A stretch of DNA of 64,000 nt from Gammaproteobacteria bacterium (lineage in GTDB: Bacteria > Pseudomonadota > Gammaproteobacteria > Arenicellales > Poriferihabitantaceae). The first letter of the stretch is position 1. Every line of letters starts with the position of its first letter. The notes below the pieces were generated by a model. That model was not told the DNA's origin. It saw only the letters and a program-made list of their open reading frames with translations, and searched no databases. Of the stretch, positions 1 to 9,274 are shown piece by piece. The position numbers were made by a program, and so were the translations under genes. The stretch lies in contig JAPPPS010000090.1 of NCBI GenBank assembly GCA_028817405.1, positions 22,570 through 86,569 on the forward strand, written 5' to 3'.

Positions 1-433
1 CATTCAAGCCGACCTGGTCAAAGTCGGGCTGAAAGTCCGAATCGAAACATATGAATGGAACACCTTCCTCGGCAAGGTCAACCCCGGGCTGGAGGGCAAG
101 GCCGACATGGCGGAGATGGCGTGGATGACCAACGACCCCGACACGCTGCCTTATCTGGCGCTCCGCACCGACGCCTGGCCGGACAAAAAGGGCTTTAATT
201 CCGGCTACTACTCCAACCCGGAAGTGGACGCCCTGCTGGAGGCGGCGCGCACCTCGACTGACCAAGCCGAGCGCGCCAATCTCTACAAGGAAATGCAAAC
301 GCTGGTGCATGAAGACGCGCCGTGGGCGTTCATCGCCAACTGGAAACAAAACGCGGCCACCCGCGACAGCGTCCGCCACTTCAAACTCCAGCCGTCGTTC
401 TACCTCCTGCTGCACCGCGTCAGCAAACGCTGA
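1..433 (+). CDS. ABC transporter substrate-binding protein, family 5 (peptide/nickel type), C-terminal part; 5' end lies outside the window
   Basis: The frame is open from the window edge. The C-terminus (YYSNPEVDALLEAARTSTDQAERANLYKEMQTLVHEDAPWAFIANW) is typical of DppA/OppA-type binding proteins. Cognate permease and ATPase genes follow. Confidence 0.8.
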   Translation, partial: IQADLVKVGLKVRIETYEWNTFLGKVNPGLEGKADMAEMAWMTNDPDTLPYLALRTDAWPDKKGFNSGYYSNPEVDALLEAARTSTDQAERANLYKEMQTLVHEDAPWAFIANWKQNAATRDSVRHFKLQPSFYLLLHRVSKR

Positions 434-447
434 CCCCGGCGCGCGGC

Positions 448-1392
448 ATGCGCTATTGCCTGAAGCGCCTGATGGCGGTCGTCCCGGTGCTGCTGGGACT
501 GACCGTCATCGTCTTTTCCATGCTGGCGTTTTTGCCGGGCGACCCGGCGACGGCGATTTTGGGGCCGTACGCCACGCCCGACAATGTCGAGCGCCTGAAC
601 CGGCAACTCGGCCTCGACAAACCGCCGGCGCAGCAGTACCTCATCTGGCTCGGCAACATTCTGCAGGGCGATTTCGGCCGCTCTTATTCGCTGAACCGCC
701 CGGTGCTGGACGAGGTGCTCGAGCGTTTTTCCGCCACCCTGGTGCTGGCCGGCGCGGCGCTGTTGCTGTGTACACTGTGGGGCATCCTCATCGGCGTCAG
801 ATGCGCGGTGGCGCAATACGGCTGGTCCGACCGGCTGCTCACATTAGCGGCGGTGGCCGGCATCTCGGTACCGTCGTTCTGGCTGGGGCTGCTTGCCATC
901 CTCGCGTTTTCGGTGCACCTGCGCTGGCTGCCGGCCAGCGGCATGTTCGCGGTGTACGGCGGCGGCGGGGCGGCCGATTTGGTCCGCCACCTGATTCTGC
1001 CGGCCCTCACCTTGTCGGTGGTCGCCACCGGCGTCATCGCCCGCCTGACGCGCTCGGCGATGCTCGAAGTGCTGCGCCAGGACTTCGTGTGCGCGGCGCG
1101 GGCCAGGGGCATCGGCGAGCGCCGGGTGATTTACCGGCACGCGTTCAAAGCCGCTTTGGTCACCATCATTCCGGTCATCGGCGTGCAAGCCGGGTTCGTG
1201 CTTGGCGGCGCGGTGTATGTCGAAACCGTGTTCCAGTGGCCCGGCGTCGGGCGCATGTTGGTGCAGGCGATTTCCACCCGCGACATTCAACTGGTGCAGG
1301 GCGGCGTGGTGGTGGTGGCCGCCAGTTATGTGCTGTTCAACCTGCTTGCCGACCTGGCACAGCACGCTCTCGACCCCAAAATCAAAACATGA
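448..1392 (+). CDS. Peptide/nickel ABC transporter permease (DppB/OppB-like)
   Basis: Start ATG at 448 (MRYCLKRLMAVVPVLLGLTVIVFSMLAFLPGDP), a canonical DppB N-terminus. The protein is multi-TM and ends ...ADLAQHALDPKIKT. The 5' extension in the ORF track back to 322 is not supported. Confidence 0.85.
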   Translation: MRYCLKRLMAVVPVLLGLTVIVFSMLAFLPGDPATAILGPYATPDNVERLNRQLGLDKPPAQQYLIWLGNILQGDFGRSYSLNRPVLDEVLERFSATLVLAGAALLLCTLWGILIGVRCAVAQYGWSDRLLTLAAVAGISVPSFWLGLLAILAFSVHLRWLPASGMFAVYGGGGAADLVRHLILPALTLSVVATGVIARLTRSAMLEVLRQDFVCAARARGIGERRVIYRHAFKAALVTIIPVIGVQAGFVLGGAVYVETVFQWPGVGRMLVQAISTRDIQLVQGGVVVVAASYVLFNLLADLAQHALDPKIKT

Positions 1393-3290
1393 GCGGCGCG
1401 CGCTTTGCGGCATCTTTTGCGGCGTTGGGCGCGCTGTTGCTGCGCCACCGCCTGGCCGGCCTTGGCGCGCTGGTACTGTTGGTCGTCGCCGCGCTGGCCG
1501 CGGCCGCGCCGCTGCTGCCGCTGCCCAACCCGGACCTGACCGACCTCGCCAACCGCCTGCAACGGCCCGGCGCGCCGGGGCATCCGTTAGGCACCGACCA
1601 CCTCGGGCGCGACCTGCTGGCGCGCTTGGTTTGGGGCACGCGCTTGTCGCTGGCGGTGGGCGTGTTCGCCTCGCTCATCGCCGCGCTGGCCGGCTCGTGC
1701 ATCGGCATCGCGGCCGGTTTCTTCGGCGGGCGCACCGACAACCTGCTGATGCGCGGCATCGACATGCTGATGGCGTTTCCCTACATTCTGCTGGCGCTTG
1801 CCATCGTCGCGGCGCTCGGCCCCGGGCTGCTGAACGCGTTGTATGCGGTCGCCATCGTCAACATTCCGTTCTTCGCGCGCAGCGTGCGCGGCGCCACCGC
1901 GGCCATCGCGCACCGCGAATTCGTCGATGCCGCGCGCCTCGCCGGCATGCGCAACTGGCGCATCATCGGCGGCGAAATTCTGCCCAATGTCGCGCCGGTC
2001 ATTACCATCGCCATGTCCACCACCATCGGCTGGATGATTCTCGAGACCGCCGGCTTGTCGTTCCTCGGCCTCGGCTCGCAGCCGCCGCAAGCCGACTTGG
2101 GCTCCATGCTTGGCGAAGGGCGCAACCTGCTGATTAACGCCCCGCATGTGTCGGTGGTGCCGGGCGCGATGATTTTCGTCGTCGTGGTCAGCATCAACCT
2201 GCTCGGCGACGGTGTCCGCGACTGGCTCGACCCGCGCCTTCGCGCCGGCCAGTTGTCGCGCCCGGCCGCGGTGACCCGCATCGAGCGCGCCGACGCCGGG
2301 GCCGCGCACCGGCCGGATGGCGCGTTGCTGCAAGTGCGCGGCTTGCGCACGCGCTTCGTGAGCGCCGGCGCGCGCACCCAGTACGCGGTCAACGGCGTCG
2401 ACCTGACGGTGGACGCCGGCCAGTGCTTGGGGCTCATCGGCGAGTCGGGCTCGGGCAAATCGGTCACGGCGTTGTCGCTGCTCGGCCTCGCGCCGTCGCC
2501 GCCGGCGGTGATTGGCGGCGGTCGGGTGTATCTGGCGGGCGAAGACCTGTTGGCCGCGGATTTTGAGCGGTTGCGCGCCATTCGCGGACGGCGGGTGGCG
2601 TATATCTTTCAGAATCCGATGGCGGCGCTGCATCCGCTGATGACGGTCGGCGCGCAGTTGACCGAAGCCATTCGATGCCACCGTCGCATGCCGCGCCAAG
2701 CGGCGCTCGATGAAGCGCTCGGCTTGCTGCGGCAAGTGCGCATGCCCGGCGCGGCGGCGCGCGCGCGCCAGTACCCGCATGAATTGTCCGGCGGCATGCG
2801 CCAGCGCGTCGGCATCGCGCTGGCGCTTGCCAACGCGCCCGAACTGGTCATCGCCGATGAGCCGACCACGGCCCTGGATGTCACGGTGCAGGCGCAGATT
2901 CTGCAACTGCTGGCGCAACTGCGCCGCGAGCGCAACCTGGCGCTGATTTTTGTCACCCACGACTTCGCGGTGCTGTCGCAGTTGTGCGACCGGGTCGCGG
3001 TGATGTACGCCGGGCGCATCGTCGAGAGCGGCCCCACGCATGACATTCTGGCGCGCCCGGCGCATCCGTACACCGCCGGCTTGATTCGCTGCGCGCCGCG
3101 GCTGGGCGGCGGGCGACGCCCGGCCGCGATTCCCGGCCTGCCGCCGGCCGCCGACCGCTTGCCGCGCGGCTGCGCCTTTGCGCCGCGTTGCGCGCGTCGG
3201 CGGGAGGCGTGCGAAGCCGGCAAGGTGGCATCGACCCGGCTGTCGGCGGCGCGGCGGGTGAGATGCCTGTACCCGCTGGAGGCGGCATGA
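1389..3290 (+). CDS. Fused peptide ABC permease (DppC-like) / ATP-binding (DppD-like) protein
   Basis: ATG at 1389 overlaps the upstream stop. The permease part ends ...LLGDGVRDWLDPR and continues in frame, with no stop, into an ABC ATPase with Walker A GESGSGKS, signature LSGGMRQR and Walker B LVIADEPTTALD. Confidence 0.85.
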   Translation: MSGARFAASFAALGALLLRHRLAGLGALVLLVVAALAAAAPLLPLPNPDLTDLANRLQRPGAPGHPLGTDHLGRDLLARLVWGTRLSLAVGVFASLIAALAGSCIGIAAGFFGGRTDNLLMRGIDMLMAFPYILLALAIVAALGPGLLNALYAVAIVNIPFFARSVRGATAAIAHREFVDAARLAGMRNWRIIGGEILPNVAPVITIAMSTTIGWMILETAGLSFLGLGSQPPQADLGSMLGEGRNLLINAPHVSVVPGAMIFVVVVSINLLGDGVRDWLDPRLRAGQLSRPAAVTRIERADAGAAHRPDGALLQVRGLRTRFVSAGARTQYAVNGVDLTVDAGQCLGLIGESGSGKSVTALSLLGLAPSPPAVIGGGRVYLAGEDLLAADFERLRAIRGRRVAYIFQNPMAALHPLMTVGAQLTEAIRCHRRMPRQAALDEALGLLRQVRMPGAAARARQYPHELSGGMRQRVGIALALANAPELVIADEPTTALDVTVQAQILQLLAQLRRERNLALIFVTHDFAVLSQLCDRVAVMYAGRIVESGPTHDILARPAHPYTAGLIRCAPRLGGGRRPAAIPGLPPAADRLPRGCAFAPRCARRREACEAGKVASTRLSAARRVRCLYPLEAA

Positions 3291-4237
3291 CCGCGGCCAT
3301 CGAAGCGCGGAATCTGTCGAAGACTTTCGGCGGCGAGCGGCGGTGGTTCGGGCGCGCCCGGCCGCCGGTCTGCGCGGTGCGCGAGGTCAGTTTCCGCGTG
3401 GCGGCCGGCGAGACCCTCGGCATCGTCGGCGAATCCGGCTGCGGCAAAACCACGCTGGCGCGCATGTTGGCCGGCCTGCTGCCGCCGAGCGGCGGGCGCA
3501 TCAGCGTCGACGGTAAAGAGCCGCGCGCCGGCGCCGGCCCGTGGGGCGGTCTGGTGCAGTATGTTTTTCAGGACCCGTTGGGCGCGCTCAATCCGCGCAA
3601 GACCATCCGCCAAATCATGCACGCGCCGTTGCGCCACCTACTCGGCATGGACGCGCCGGCGCGCGAGGCGCGGGTCGCGGAATTGTTCGATGCGGTCAAC
3701 CTGCATCTCGCGTTTCTCGACCGTTACCCGCATGAATTCTCCGGCGGGCAGGCGCAGCGCATCGGCATCGCCCGCGCGCTGGCCGCCAATCCGCGCATCG
3801 TGGTGCTGGACGAGCCGGTGTCGGCGCTGGATGTGTCGGTGCAAGCGCAAGTGCTGAACCTCCTCGCGGATTTGCGGCGCGCCTATCATCTGACCTATCT
3901 GCTCATCAGCCACGACCTGGCCGTGGTGGAAGCGGTCAGCGACCGCGTCGCGGTGCTGTACTGCGGCGCCATCGTCGAACTGGCCGACGCCGCCGAGGTG
4001 TTTGCGCGCGCGCGCCATCCGTATACCCGGCTACTCGCCGACAGCGCGCCGGTGCCCGGGCGTCCGCCGGCCGCGGCCGCGCCCGGCGAGTTGCCGGATG
4101 CGCCAACGCGCGGCTGCGCTTTCGCGGCGCGCTGTTCGCGCGCCGATGCCGCCTGCCGCCAACGCGCGCCCGAACCCGTTTACACCCGCAAAGAGAATTA
4201 TGTCCGCTGCTTCCGCCCGCTCGAAACCCCGCGCTAA
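3287..4237 (+). CDS. Peptide ABC transporter ATP-binding protein (DppF/OppF-like)
   Basis: ATGA start/stop overlap at 3287. Walker A GESGCGKTT, signature FSGGQAQR, Walker B VVLDEPVSALD, and a C-terminal oligopeptide-type extension. Confidence 0.85.
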   Translation: MTAAIEARNLSKTFGGERRWFGRARPPVCAVREVSFRVAAGETLGIVGESGCGKTTLARMLAGLLPPSGGRISVDGKEPRAGAGPWGGLVQYVFQDPLGALNPRKTIRQIMHAPLRHLLGMDAPAREARVAELFDAVNLHLAFLDRYPHEFSGGQAQRIGIARALAANPRIVVLDEPVSALDVSVQAQVLNLLADLRRAYHLTYLLISHDLAVVEAVSDRVAVLYCGAIVELADAAEVFARARHPYTRLLADSAPVPGRPPAAAAPGELPDAPTRGCAFAARCSRADAACRQRAPEPVYTRKENYVRCFRPLETPR

Positions 4238-5048
4238 AACGCCCACCGGCCGGCGCGCGCCGAACCGCCCAAGCGCGGTGTCCGAGGCGATTAAGTCGAT
4301 GATTCGCGACCACGCCATGCAGCCCGGCGAGCGCCTGCCGCAGGAGCCCGACCTCATCGGCGCGTTCGGCGTGAGCAAAGGCACCATCCGCGAGGCGCTG
4401 AAAATGCTGGAGACGCAGGGGCTGATTCAAATGCGCACCGGGCCCGGCGGCGGCGCGTTCATTACCGACATCCCGGCCGCGCGCGCCCGCGCGTTGGTCG
4501 CCAATTATTTCTTTTTCAAGGGCCTCTCCATCTCGGACATCTACGACATGCGCCAGGCGCTTGAGCCGGAACTCGCGGCCGAACTGGCCACCCATCTCGG
4601 CGACGACGCGCTCGCGGTACTGAACGACGCGATGGTCGAATACGACCACCCGCCGGCGACCATCGAAGAAGAGCAGCGCCAGCGCATCGCGGAACTGGAA
4701 TTTCACGAGCGGCTGGCCGAGTTCTCGAACAATCCGCTGCTCGGTTTTACCTGCGGTTTTCTCGCCGCGCTGCTGAAAGATTTGGCGGTCTGCCGGCGCA
4801 TCTACCGCTACCCGAATCCGCAACTCAGGGAGCGCGGTTTTTCTTACCAGACCCAACTGCTCGAAGCGCTGCGCGCCGGCGACCCGGAAACCGCGCGCTC
4901 CATCATGAAGGCGCACATGCGCGCCGCCCGGCGCATGATGACGGCGCAGGAGGCGGTCGTTAACCGCGACTTTTTGCAGTTGGCGCCGGAGCGGAAGGCG
5001 GCGCCGCGGCCGGCCGGGCCGGGTCGGCGGCGCGGACATCGGGGATGA
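4200..5048 (+). CDS. GntR/FadR-family transcriptional regulator
   Basis: The winged-HTH segment (LPQEPDLIGAFGVSKGTIREALKMLETQGLIQMRTGPGGGAFI) is followed by an FCD-like helical C-terminal domain. The start is taken at ATG 4200. Confidence 0.8.
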   Translation: MSAASARSKPRAKTPTGRRAPNRPSAVSEAIKSMIRDHAMQPGERLPQEPDLIGAFGVSKGTIREALKMLETQGLIQMRTGPGGGAFITDIPAARARALVANYFFFKGLSISDIYDMRQALEPELAAELATHLGDDALAVLNDAMVEYDHPPATIEEEQRQRIAELEFHERLAEFSNNPLLGFTCGFLAALLKDLAVCRRIYRYPNPQLRERGFSYQTQLLEALRAGDPETARSIMKAHMRAARRMMTAQEAVVNRDFLQLAPERKAAPRPAGPGRRRGHRG

Positions 5049-5122
5049 CATCCATGCCGGAGCATCTCGGGTTTTCCGGGTGTCAGCGCAAGTAAGTCCA
5101 AAATAGTTTGCGCGCGCCGCGT

Positions 5123-5722
5123 TCAGTCCATAACCGCCGGGATAAACGCGCCGACCATCAGCGCCGCCATTACGCAGTTGAACACGCGCAGGCGGCGGCG
5201 CGAGGCGCGCAGGAAGTCGCCGATGGCGGCGCCGAAAACTCCCCACAACAACTGGCACGGCAGACTGATGAACAAAAACACCAGCGCGATGAGAACCGCT
5301 TCGATAACCGCGTTGCCGCCGGTGGTGAACGCCACCGCGGCCACGCCGCTCATCGCCCACGCTTTGGGGTTGACCCACTGGAACAGCGCCATCTGCGCGA
5401 AGGTCGGCGGCGCGCCGGTGACTCTCTGGTCGTCGATGTCGGCGGCGGCGATTTTCCACGCCAGATAAAGCATGAACGCGAAGCCGAGCATGCGCAGGAC
5501 GGTCTGCGCCGGCGGATAGCGAATGAAAACGCCGGCCAAACCGAAGGTGACGAACAACACCATGGCCGCGAAGCCGAAACTCACGCCGAAGATGACCGGC
5601 AGCGAGCGGCGAAACCCGAAGTTGGCGCCGGAGGCGGCGATGATGATGTTGTTCGGGCCCGGCGTAATCAAACTGGAAAACGCGAACACCGCCAACGGCG
5701 CGAAGAATTCCATGCCGGGCAT
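5123..5722 (-). CDS. LysE/RhtB-family amino-acid exporter
   Basis: The N-terminal motif FSSLITPGPNNIIIAASGANFGFRRS and about six TM helices are typical of the LysE family. Confidence 0.85.
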   Translation of the reverse strand: MPGMEFFAPLAVFAFSSLITPGPNNIIIAASGANFGFRRSLPVIFGVSFGFAAMVLFVTFGLAGVFIRYPPAQTVLRMLGFAFMLYLAWKIAAADIDDQRVTGAPPTFAQMALFQWVNPKAWAMSGVAAVAFTTGGNAVIEAVLIALVFLFISLPCQLLWGVFGAAIGDFLRASRRRLRVFNCVMAALMVGAFIPAVMD

Positions 5723-5750
5723 GTTGTTGTCGAGTCTATGAAGTTAAACG

Positions 5751-6213
5751 ATGCGCGGCGCGGATTTTACCAATCATCGATATCGTACGCGGATTTCGAA
5801 GCGTCAATTTCGCCGCATCTTGCGCTTGTTTGCGCCGGATTTGAAAGCCGTGCAAATCGCCGCCCTGACCCGCTTGAGCCGCGTTTCCATCAACCGCCAC
5901 TTGACCGCGCTGCGCCAGCGCATGGCCCGGCTTTGCGAGCAAGCCGCGCCGATGAGCGGCGAGATTGAGGTGGACGAATCCTACTTCGGCGCGCGCCGCG
6001 CAAAGGGCAAGCATGGGCGCGGCGAGGCGCACATCAACGGCATCGAGGGTTTCTGGGGCTACACCAAGAGCCGCTTGTCAAAGTTCCGCGGCATGAGCAA
6101 ACGCATTTTATCTGCACCTGAAAGAGTGCGAGTTCCGGTTCAATCACCGGCATGATGAGATGTATAAAATCGTGCTGGAATTCTGCCGGGAAGCGCCGAT
6201 TAAGTTATCTTGA
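5751..6213 (+). mobile_element. Decayed IS1595-family (IS1016/ISXO2-like) transposase gene, with an internal deletion and a frameshift
   Basis: GEIEVDESYFGARRAKGKHGRGE joins directly to AHINGIEGFWGYTKSRLSKFRG, so roughly 100 aa of the catalytic core are missing. The conserved tail FYLHLKECEFRFNHRHDEMYKIVLEFCREAPIKLS* is readable only in another frame (6106-6213). Confidence 0.7.
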
Positions 6214-6352
6214 CCCAAAAATAAAATCGCGTTTGCCGTTACCGAGATTTTGCGGGGAATTGACGCCCCGGAAAAGGGTTGACGAAAACGGTTCCGCTCT
6301 GTTAATCTGTCACATCGTAATCCCACGACCACCTGACGGTCCAGAGGCAATA

Positions 6353-7705
6353 ATGGCAACTCTCAACATCCAGCCCAACGCGTTGTTCACCGCCGACAAC
6401 CTGTATGTGTTGAACGGCATGAACAGCGAGTGCATCGACTTGATTTATCTGGACCCGCCGTTTAACTCCAAGCGGTTGTATAAGGCGCCGGTGGGCAGCA
6501 AGGCGGCCGGGGCGGCGTTTGAGGATATGTGGTCTTGGAAGGATGTCGACTCGGCGTTGATGGTGCGGTTGTCGGAGACGCATCCTTTTCTCGTCGATTA
6601 CATCACGGCGATTGAGCGCATTCACAGCAAGGCGATGATGGCGTATATCGCGTATATGGCGCAGCGGTTGTTTGAGATGTATCGGGTGTTGAAGACGACC
6701 GGCAGCATTTATTTGCATTGCGACCCGACGGCGTCTCATTATCTCAAAGTCGTGCTTGACCGCATCTTCGGCAAGAACAATTTCAGGAACGAATTGGTTT
6801 GGCACTACAAAGGGGCATCCATGACAGCGGCCGCAAAGATATATCCGAGGAAGCACGATGTAATCTTGTTCTATACAAAGAGCGAGACCTATACGTTCAA
6901 TCCGCCCCGGCAAAGTGAATTGTCTGACGTGATGAAGCAGCGTTGGGGAAAATACCTCGAATCGGATGGCAAGAGCATTCTGTGGAAAAGCATTAAAAAC
7001 GAGCCGGGGCAAGTGCGCAAGTTTCTGGGGAAACTTACCAAGCAGCTTGGCAGACCGCCTCGTGATGATGATGTGGCATGGGTGGCAAACCCATCCCTTG
7101 TTCGCTCGGTATGGGTTGATTTGCCGGAAGTGAGGAACAACCCAAAGTATTTGGAGTCGACCGGCTATCCCACGCAAAAACCGCTGAAATTGCTCCAGCG
7201 TATCATCAGCGCCAGTTCCAACGAAGGCGATGTGGTGTTGGACCCGTTCTGCGGTTGCGCGACCACTTGCGTGGCCGCCCAGCACTTGCACCGCCGCTGG
7301 ATTGGCATCGACATCTCGGAGACCACCGGGGATTTAATTCGCGACCGGCTCAAGGACGATGTCGGCGCGTTGTTCGATGACTTCGGCCATTTCACCGACT
7401 TGCCGGACCGCAAAGATGTCAAACCCATGTCAAAGCGGCAGGCGAAGCCGCTGTTATACGGCGACCAAGCCGGCGACTGCAACGGATGCAAACGGCATTT
7501 TGAAATCCATGATTTTCATGTCGACCACATCATCCCAAGTTCCAAAGGCGGCGGCGACTTCTACGCCAACTATCAATTGCTGTGCGGCAACTGCAACCGC
7601 ATCAAAGGCAACCGACCGATGGAGTATCTTGTCAAGGCGATTGAAGCCCGCAAGGCAAAACGCGCGGTGTTCGGCGCAACGCCTTCCTCTTTGAGAGAAG
7701 GTTGA
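6353..7705 (+). CDS. Beta-class DNA (probably N6-adenine or N4-cytosine) methyltransferase fused to a C-terminal HNH endonuclease domain
   Basis: Motif IV (LIYLDPPFNS) precedes motif I (VVLDPFCGCATT), which is the beta-class order. The C-terminal ~90 aa read CNGCKRHFEIHDFHVDHIIPSSKGG...YQLLCGNCNRIKGN, an HNH signature. G+C is lower than the flanks. ATG at 6353. Confidence 0.85.
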   Translation: MATLNIQPNALFTADNLYVLNGMNSECIDLIYLDPPFNSKRLYKAPVGSKAAGAAFEDMWSWKDVDSALMVRLSETHPFLVDYITAIERIHSKAMMAYIAYMAQRLFEMYRVLKTTGSIYLHCDPTASHYLKVVLDRIFGKNNFRNELVWHYKGASMTAAAKIYPRKHDVILFYTKSETYTFNPPRQSELSDVMKQRWGKYLESDGKSILWKSIKNEPGQVRKFLGKLTKQLGRPPRDDDVAWVANPSLVRSVWVDLPEVRNNPKYLESTGYPTQKPLKLLQRIISASSNEGDVVLDPFCGCATTCVAAQHLHRRWIGIDISETTGDLIRDRLKDDVGALFDDFGHFTDLPDRKDVKPMSKRQAKPLLYGDQAGDCNGCKRHFEIHDFHVDHIIPSSKGGGDFYANYQLLCGNCNRIKGNRPMEYLVKAIEARKAKRAVFGATPSSLREG

Positions 7706-7756
7706 CTCGGTATTCTGCGCAATACCGGTTTAACCGTCTTCCGCCAAGTTTCGAAG

Positions 7757-8740
7757 CACACCGCGCGCAACGCCGGCGGCTCCTCGGGCGGCGCGGCGGC
7801 GTCGCTGGCGACCGGCCAGGTGTGGCTGTCGCACGGCTCGGATTTGGCCGGCTCGCTGCGCACGCCGGCCGCGTACTGCGGCGTGGTCGGCTTGCGCCCG
7901 TCGCCGGGCCGGGCCGGCGGCGGGCCGGCCGACCTGCTATTCAACATCGACGGCGTGCAGGGGCCGATGGCGCGCAGCGTGACCGATTGCGCGCTGTTCC
8001 TCGACGCCATGGCCGGCTTCGACCGTCGCGCGCCGATTTCTCTGCCGCGCCCGCGCGAGTCGTTTCAAGAGGCGGTGGCGCGCGCGACGCCGAAGTTGCG
8101 CATCGCATACTCGCCGACGCTCGACGGTTTCGCGCCGGTGGAGGCGTCGATTGAGCGCGTGATTCGCGCCGCGCTGACGCAACTGGAACGCGAGGGCGCG
8201 CGCGTCGAGGAAGCATGCCCGAAGTTGCCCGACCTCGACCAAACCTACCGTGTACTGCGCGCGATGTTATGGGCCGCGGGGCCGGGCAAAGCGCCGGCAT
8301 CGGTGCAGCGTCACTACAAATCCACATTGCGCGACAACATCGAATTCGGCCGCGCCCTCGACATCGACGAGGTATACCGCATGCAGCGCGCGCGCAGCCG
8401 GCTCTACGAGCACGCGCAAACTTTTCTGCGCGACTACGATATCTTGGCCTGCCCGACGGTCGGCCTGCCGCCCGGCCCGGTGGAGGAAGAATTCCCGACC
8501 GTCATCAACGGCCGGCCGCTGAGCGACTACATCGAGTGGCTGCGCTTCTCCTTTCTCGCCACCGCGGCCGGTTTGCCGGCGCTGTCGCTGCCCGCGGGCT
8601 TCGACGATGACGGCATGCCGGTCGGCTTGCAGTTAATCGGCCAGCCGCGCGGCGAGGCCGGCCTGTTGGCCGCGGCGCGCGCGGTGGAAATCACGCTCGG
8701 CGGACCGCTGCCGCCGATTGACCCATGGATGCCGGCATGA
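7757..8740 (+). pseudogene. Amidase-signature family amidase, 5'-truncated (about the N-terminal 150 aa are missing)
   Basis: The amidase signature NAGGSSGGAAASLATGQVWLSHGSDLAGSLRTPAAYCGVVGLRPS begins about 50 nt after the methyltransferase stop, in the same frame. There is no N-terminal region, and the only available start is an internal GTG at 7820. Confidence 0.6.
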
Positions 8741-8767
8741 CACCGGCATGACGCCGCGCGCATGTTG

Positions 8768-9259
8768 TTACGCCAAACTCTTGCGCATATAAACGCGGTG
8801 GTATCCGTGTTCGGTGCGGCGGGCGGTTTCGACATAGCCGGCGCGGCGGTAGAAGTCGATGCTCTCGGTCATCAGTTCGTGGCTGTATAACTCCAGATGC
8901 GCGCGGCCGAGCGCGCGCGTTTCGGATTCCGCCAAGCGCAGCAAGCGGCGACCGAGGCCGCGGCGTTGATGTTTGGGATGCACCGCGAGGTTGTCGAGCA
9001 GCACGCCGTTCGCCGTTTGCATCAACACCAACACGCCGGCCAACATGCCGCTCGAGTCGCGGTCCACTTCGGCGACAAACACATGGTGACGGCGCACCAC
9101 TTGCGCGTAGTCGTCGAGCATCGGGCCGGGCGGTTTGCCGATGCGTTGGATGTAATGCCGGTACGCGGCATCGACGCAACGCGCGATGCACTCGGCGTCA
9201 GCGGCGGTCGCCGGGCGCAGGTTAATGTTCGCGGCGCGCGTTTTATGTTTCGCTTCCAT
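8768..9259 (-). CDS. GNAT-family N-acetyltransferase
   Basis: Acetyl-CoA-binding motif LAVHPKHQRRGLGRRLL, with a size of 163 aa. Confidence 0.8.
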   Translation of the reverse strand: MEAKHKTRAANINLRPATAADAECIARCVDAAYRHYIQRIGKPPGPMLDDYAQVVRRHHVFVAEVDRDSSGMLAGVLVLMQTANGVLLDNLAVHPKHQRRGLGRRLLRLAESETRALGRAHLELYSHELMTESIDFYRRAGYVETARRTEHGYHRVYMRKSLA

Positions 9260-9274
9260 GCGCTACGGTTCGAT

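Noticed and set aside
309-1388. The N-terminal 360 aa of the 993-aa ORF 309..3290.
   Set aside because: It lies out of frame over the well-supported DppB-like permease gene, and its translation is Arg/Ala/Gly-rich high-G+C noise. The real gene starts at ATG 1389.
1587-3637. Long minus-strand ORFs (1587..3065, 492 aa; 2609..3637, 342 aa).
   Set aside because: These are antisense shadow ORFs of the ABC permease and ATPase genes. They are typical of high-G+C DNA (Arg/Ala/Gly-rich, no motifs).
3936-5459. A 507-aa minus-strand ORF.
   Set aside because: It spans three independently supported genes (the ATPase end, the GntR regulator and part of LysE) and has an Arg-rich nonsense composition.
6302-7291. 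A 329-aa minus-strand ORF inside the methyltransferase gene.
   Set aside because: It is antisense to a gene with clear methyltransferase motifs and has no recognisable motif itself.
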